In this document: in pieces, positions 57,901 through 64,000 of the stretch
Layout of the letters: every line of letters starts with the position of its first letter
Position numbering within the stretch: position 1 is the first letter of the stretch
DNA from: Eledone cirrhosa
Taxonomy: Eukaryota
NCBI GenBank assembly: GCA_964016885.1
Contig: OZ024743.1
Location: 201,996,001-202,060,000, forward strand
Direction: 5' to 3'
DNA length: 64,000 nt
The notes under the pieces: generated by a model
What the model saw: the letters and a program-made list of their open reading frames with translations, nothing else
The model's database searches: none
What the model was told of the DNA's origin: nothing
Made by a program: the position numbers and the translations under genes

Positions 57901-59003
57901 GTTTTCGTAGACAACAGAACATGGTGGTTTTCAGTATCTTGTTAGCCTGGCTAAGGCTTACGATATTACGTTTCTGAATTTGCTTAGCAAGATTCTTTAT
58001 CTGAAAACGTGTGTTGAAACCGATATTGTTATACTTGAACACTATATTGTTATACTACTAGAGGTGAATTAGCTTACAAATTTAGAAGGGTCCTAGATAA
58101 ACAAACTCAATATTAAGATAGTAGAAAGACCAGGTACCTCCATAAAAACACTTATTAGCAATACATACCCTTTTTAAAGACATCCCTGTATAGATAAGTA
58201 ATGTATAATATGTAAATTAAGCCCCCATATTAACTGTAAAGCTAGAAATGTAGTATATAGAATAAGATGTACTGAAGGACAATGAAGAGATAAGAATATA
58301 GTGTACATAGGTGAGACAGCTCGTAGTATAGGGGAACGGATGAATGAACACTGGCGAGACCTTCAAGATAGTAAAGAATCATCTGTACTCTACCAACATG
58401 TTAAAATAGAAAATAAGGGTAAATTAGAGAACATAGAAATAAAAATAGAATCTACACACAGAAAAGACGCAATGTTTAGACAATCATAGAGGCAATAAAC
58501 ATAAATGAACTCCAACCTAAATTAAATAGAAAACATGAATGGAACAGCAACATCACAACTTACAATTAAGGACAAAATGAAAACACACACGCACATAGAA
58601 CAAACAACCAACCAGTAACATTTAAATAAACATGTAAATAAACAAATATAAACATACACATACACCCGGATGTAACACATGCGCAAAATAAGCACACAAC
58701 ACACACACAAACAAGATGGCGTAGGAGAGAACAAAGAAGAGGCACAAAAACAAAGAAAAGAATCCCCAGTCACTGAAGAGGTCACATAATGTGTGACGAA
58801 AGAACTTTGACAATATATAAACAATCATCTGGTTGTGGAACCAACCAACCAACCGGAAATTTATAAATTTATTATAATAAATTGAAGTGAAAGCAACTGG
58901 TACGTGTGTTTTTTATTGGCAACATGACCCTCTCAAGTATAACAATATCGGTTTCAACACACGTTTTCAGATAAAGAATCTTGCTAAACAAATTCAGAAA
59001 CGA
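54941..59003 (-). mobile_element. Penelope-like retroelement (Neptune-like), decayed: RT on the - strand, inverted GIY-YIG and pseudo-LTR on the + strand
   Basis: RT motifs PTDKSG, YGLRKDHK, SMDVVSLYPSID, YAQEDAAAIG and RYVGD lie in ORFs 55390..58042. The + strand has a Cys-rich linker, VVYRIRC and YIGETARSIGERMNEH (58180-58489). Pseudo-LTR ends are at 54941-55022 and 58860-59003. Confidence 0.9.
58769..58812 (+). ncRNA. Hammerhead motif in the PLE pseudo-LTR
   Basis: gtca CTGAAGA g gtcaca-taatg-tgtgac GAAA gaac TT tgac. Confidence 0.65.
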
Positions 59004-59022
59004 TATATATATATACATACAT

Positions 59023-59221
<199 letters not shown>

Positions 59222-59256
59222 TATATTTATGTATATATACATATACATATATATAT

Positions 59257-59287
<31 letters not shown>

Positions 59288-59298
59288 CATATACATAT

Positions 59299-59382
<84 letters not shown>

Positions 59383-59385
<3 letters not shown>

Positions 59386-60252
59386 AATGAAAAATGGCGT
59401 GCTGTGTTGTTGCGAATGTGATACATATGAAGTAAAAATTAGAAAGTTGAAGTGAATCACTGACTTGATTTTCTCATCGTTTCCTCTCTTTACGTTGCCT
59501 CACCATTCTTATTTGTTCACCTGTCTCTCTTTCTCCGCCCAATTCTTTTTATCCCAATAACCGAAATGAGTTATTGTTCGCGCTAGCGGGAGGTATCTGA
59601 TCTTTAATGCGAAGAAATACCTATTATGGCTAGGAGATCACTGATGATGGATAGTCCCGGCTTCTCTTTCTAATTTTTACTTCATATGTATCACATTCGC
59701 AACAAAACACAGCACGCCATTTTTCATTCTCATTTGCTTTTCCCAACGCTGTGACCTGTCTTTTTCTCTTCCCTTACTGCTATCATCTTTCTCTGTCCCC
59801 CTTCTCTCTCCTTCTCCTTCTTACCTTGATTCTCCCCCTCTGTTGCTCACCCTCTCTCGGCTAGCCCCTTCCTCATATTTTCACTCACTCACTCTCTGCT
59901 ACTCACCCTCTCTCACTTCCTCCAACGTCCGGCACCGTACGAAATTCTTTTCTCGCTCACTGTTCGCACGGTACGGATGGTCTTTCGTCTTCTTGTCAAT
60001 GTTCGCAAGTTCTTATGTTCAAATGAAACAATGACTTGATTTTTCTCATTTTCTTCTCTCTTTACGTTGCGTCACCATTCCTGTTTGTTCACCTGTCTCT
60101 CTTTCTCCACCCAATTCTTTTTATCCCAACAACCTACTTTAGTTATTGTTCGCGCTAGCGGGTGGTATCTGATTTTTAATGCGAATAAATACCTATCATG
60201 GATAGTAGATCACTGATGATGGATAGTCTCGGCTTCTCTTTCTATTGTTTAC
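59383..60252 (+). mobile_element. Family R relative: ~215-bp direct repeats (period ~571) plus a 5' inverted segment
   Basis: 59461-59682 repeats at 60032-60252. 59385-59445 is the inverse of 59667-59729. TA runs flank both sides. Confidence 0.85.
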
Positions 60253-60814
60253 TATATATATATATATATATACGAATTAGTGTGTGTATGACTTATTTGT
60301 TATCGAAAGATAAGCTATACATCTTCAATAGTACTTGAATTAATAGTGTGTAACATCTAACAACTACTTCTATTGTATTGAGCCGATAAAAATAAAATAA
60401 TTATTGTGATCAACATGTTAAGAAGGAACGCCATATAATGTCTTTCATTATCAAATGGTCCTGGCGTCAGAAGTTGGTGTTTAATACTGTGATTTTAATT
60501 GACTTTAATCATTGAAACAGAAAGGTTTTCTTTGAAATGTATTAGAAGGAAGTTTGACATATGCCTTTAGGCTATAGTACATCTGACGTCATTCATTATA
60601 ATTGGGGTGGTGTTGTGAATGGTATGGTGTTGTTATACTGAAGCCTATAAACATTAACCTTTCTGTTAGGATTGCACATGTATAACGTGCAACCTTTGTT
60701 TTTACTATTAGCTTCAACTCATATCTCATCGAACAGAGCTAGTGACGCAGTAACCAGCCAAACAGGTTGTTCACATTCACAATTTGGCTTAGAGGATGCA
60801 TGCATATATAAGGG

Positions 60815-61146
60815 TGCGGGCGTGAATGTATGTAGCTTTGGGGTTATGCTGTTCAGCACCCGATCGTAAAGTCGTAAGTTCGATTTGTGTTGGCTCATTA
60901 TTGTCATGTACAAAACATTTTATCTCATATTTCCCCAGTCTATTAAGTTGGCAAAAGGAATTGCACCTGTAATTCAAGGGGCCATCATTATAATCAATGT
61001 GACCTGTCGAATCCCCGTTAAAATTACGTTAAGAGCACACGTATCTGTGGAATGCTCAGCTATTTGTGGGTTAATTTCATGAGCTTGATATTCCATTGAA
61101 CAAAAAACTAGAACATATGAGGTCCGAACTGATGATGGTCCAACGC
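60815..61146 (+). mobile_element. SINE S2
   Basis: Head cgatcgtaaagtcgtaagttcgatt and body ttacgttaagagcacacgtatctgtggaatgctcagc. Confidence 0.6.
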
Positions 61147-62174
61147 ACACACATACACATATATGTGTGCGTGCTTGCATGTCTAGGCATATGCGAGTAT
61201 ATGTGTATGGGGGTATGTGCTTGGTTTGTCTATATGTATAGTTGTGTGTACAGGTTCACTGGGAGGAGGTAGACATAGTATAAAAACAAAGTATCATATA
61301 CTTCCTCTTTCCCGATCAACTTACCAAGCTTTCAGACTATTTTAACCCCTTTGATTAGTCTCTTTCTCCTTCTCGTTTTCTTTTCCCACTTGTTTCGTCT
61401 TATTTTATTAATCTCTTTTATGCTCGTCGTCTTCTCTCTCACTAAAGGCCACTCAGCTCACCTTCCAACCATGACAATAGTTTCAGGATATTTATCCAAG
61501 ATTTTCGGACAATCTATTTTGGATTTTATTATCCATTGTGTTATTCTTTAGTATATTTCTTTCTCTGTGTGTTTATATATATGTGCATATATATATATAT
61601 ATATGTATTTTATACACACACACACACACACACACTCAGACACCCACACACATACATATATATGTTCTATATATTCGGTCTCACTCTTTCTCCCTCTCTC
61701 TCCCTCTCGCTTTATGTATATATATATATATATATATATATACAGACACCCCCCCCCCCCACACACACACCCACACACAAACACATATATATGTATATAT
61801 ATTTATCCCTACATGTGTGCGTGTATTGGTTTTGGGCTGAATATATAGTTATTTCAATGGCGCTCTTCGACAATCTAATCTGTCATAAACACTAGGAACT
61901 ATACTTCCTCTCAGCTTTATATAAACTTATGAACTTTTGAGATACTGCCCTCAATGTTCGTATTCTACTTACTAACTCGCATCTTCTGTTCTTTTAACAT
62001 TGATTTTTCATCGCATACATTCTTCTACGTCATAAGGAAAATTAGCCCATTCTCTAGCACCGTTTGGAGTGTTTTTTTTTTGTTTTTTATTTGTTTCTTA
62101 TTATTTACTTGTAGACTCATGTCTACTGAATCTGTAAGTATAAAGGTGAAACTCCAGGGTAACAAGCCTCATCA

Positions 62175-62303
<129 letters not shown>

Positions 62304-62385
62304 TGTTACCCTAATATAGAGATATCGTGTCAACATGGAAAAAACAGGAGGAAAAAATCTAAAATAATTTGTGCCAAACTCCGGA

Positions 62386-62458
62386 TGCCGAAACCCGGGA
62401 TTAAACCAGGGACCTTTAGATCTTCAGTCTAACGCTCTCCCAACTGAGCTATTTCAGC
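62386..62458 (-). tRNA. tRNA-Phe(GAA), probably a pseudogene
   Basis: 73 nt: GCTGAAATAGCTCAGTTGGGAGAGCGTTAGACTGAAGATCTAAAGGTCCCTGGTTTAATCCCGGGTTTCGGCA. The T-loop is TTTAA instead of TTCGA, and there is a C3T change. Confidence 0.85.
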
Positions 62459-62794
62459 TGATGTTTATATATGATATATGCATTACTGTTGTATTATCAA
62501 CTTCCATAATTATATATATAAGTATATATGTATCATTATATATTTATTTGTATTGTGTGTATATTTATTGTATACATACGTATGTACATGTACGTATGAT
62601 AATATTCATTTGGTCAGGCATGATCATAGATATATATATGTAAACAAAATAAGCCAGCTATTCGAAACTACTAATTATTATGTTTACAAATTCTATTATA
62701 TCTCGAAATGAATCGATTCATAATCCACTTGTGTTGGTGAATTATATTTCCATTATATCATCGTTCGACTCTTAAAACACACATATACATACAT

Positions 62795-62851
<57 letters not shown>

Positions 62852-64000
62852 TATACATATGCATATATGTATATACCCGCATACACACACACGCATATAC
62901 ACATCACACACACGCAAAAACTCTCGTACACACACACGCATACATATCACACACACACATACACACACACAGACACTATTATATATATCGGTGTTAATCT
63001 CTTATAACCACTTTAACCAACTTCAGTAGTAGTTTAGAGCACTCTAACCATGGCTACTAAATAAACCATGACCTGTGAAGTAATGATTATCAAGCTTTAT
63101 TATTAATAGACTTATTTTCAACCTCTACTAAATATAGGAAGCATCCGCATGACCGCACGACGTGTGTGCACACTTGAAAGGGTGACCACCTGACCCAGCT
63201 ACACTGACCCATAGTTGGTTTTAAGCGAAATCGAACGAAATTCCAATACTCAAGTTTCTGATCACTTTTTCTTCACCCTACATTTGTTTTAAGTCAAAGG
63301 TTTCTTCACATTGAACAATAGATTGATGTATATTCCTGAAATACGAAATCTACTAAAGTAATAGCTAAATTCAATTATGAAGATGTTATCTGTAATTAAA
63401 AATATAACAGGAATGTTTCTACCTCGTTTCATATTGAAATATGTATAGTATGTATAGTTGTATAAGTTATAATGCATGTAAAATATTTGGCTGGAGAATA
63501 GGTCATAAGATGTTTGCGTCTGTGTTAACACATCATGGTGACAATGTATGGTTATGAGTTGATGGCAAGACAGGGAGGAAGTATTGTGCTCTGGGAATAG
63601 TAGGAAGAAAGAGCTGAGTATAGAGAGGAGAGAAGAACTGGGACTAGAGAGGAGGGAAACGTGGAAGATAGTGGAGGTCGTAGAGTAAATTACTATAATA
63701 GTACGGGTAAAGCGTATACAAACAATGATTCATGGTTTGTTTCAATACCTGGCATCATAATAACCGTCTGGTTGGAAGACGTTCGAATATATACAACAGA
63801 TTGGACTTTTCTGAAAGTACTTTAGAACCAGAGCTTGGTGTTAAACGGCTCGACGGAATACGCGTACCTATTTCGAACAGGTATAGAGAGATGCGTTTCC
63901 TCGTATTCAAGTTAACTAACGAATCTTGTTTTGAACGCGTCATTTCTAGAACAGACCAATGTGACGAAGACATACCTGTGCGTATTGTTGTAGTCTATAA

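Noticed and set aside
63180-64000. Possible PLE 3' fragment (SNLLYIFE on the - strand)
   Set aside because: It is a single weak motif, truncated by the window edge.

Overview
AT-rich, microsatellite-dense animal DNA with no recognisable host protein-coding exon. The SINE families and repeat landscape suggest an octopus or other coleoid cephalopod, but that is an inference. The window is mostly retroelement remains: Tx1-type, CR1-type and RTE-type LINE fragments, two Penelope-like element (PLE) coding remnants, tRNA-derived SINEs and one degenerate tRNA-Phe. The main unannotated signal is RNA-level. About 30 type I hammerhead ribozyme (HHR) motifs can be folded by eye, many of them the minimal form with a palindromic stem III. 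They lie in short non-coding elements inserted into (TA)n tracts, and most have head-to-head (inverted) geometry. The centrepiece is a 5.9-kb array of ~472-bp units at 21191-27108. It has one intact HHR per unit, a 5' inverted block and an alternating A/B dimer pattern, which fits a retrozyme (circular-RNA retroelement) probably mobilised by PLE enzymes. All RNA structures were folded manually and none has been tested.
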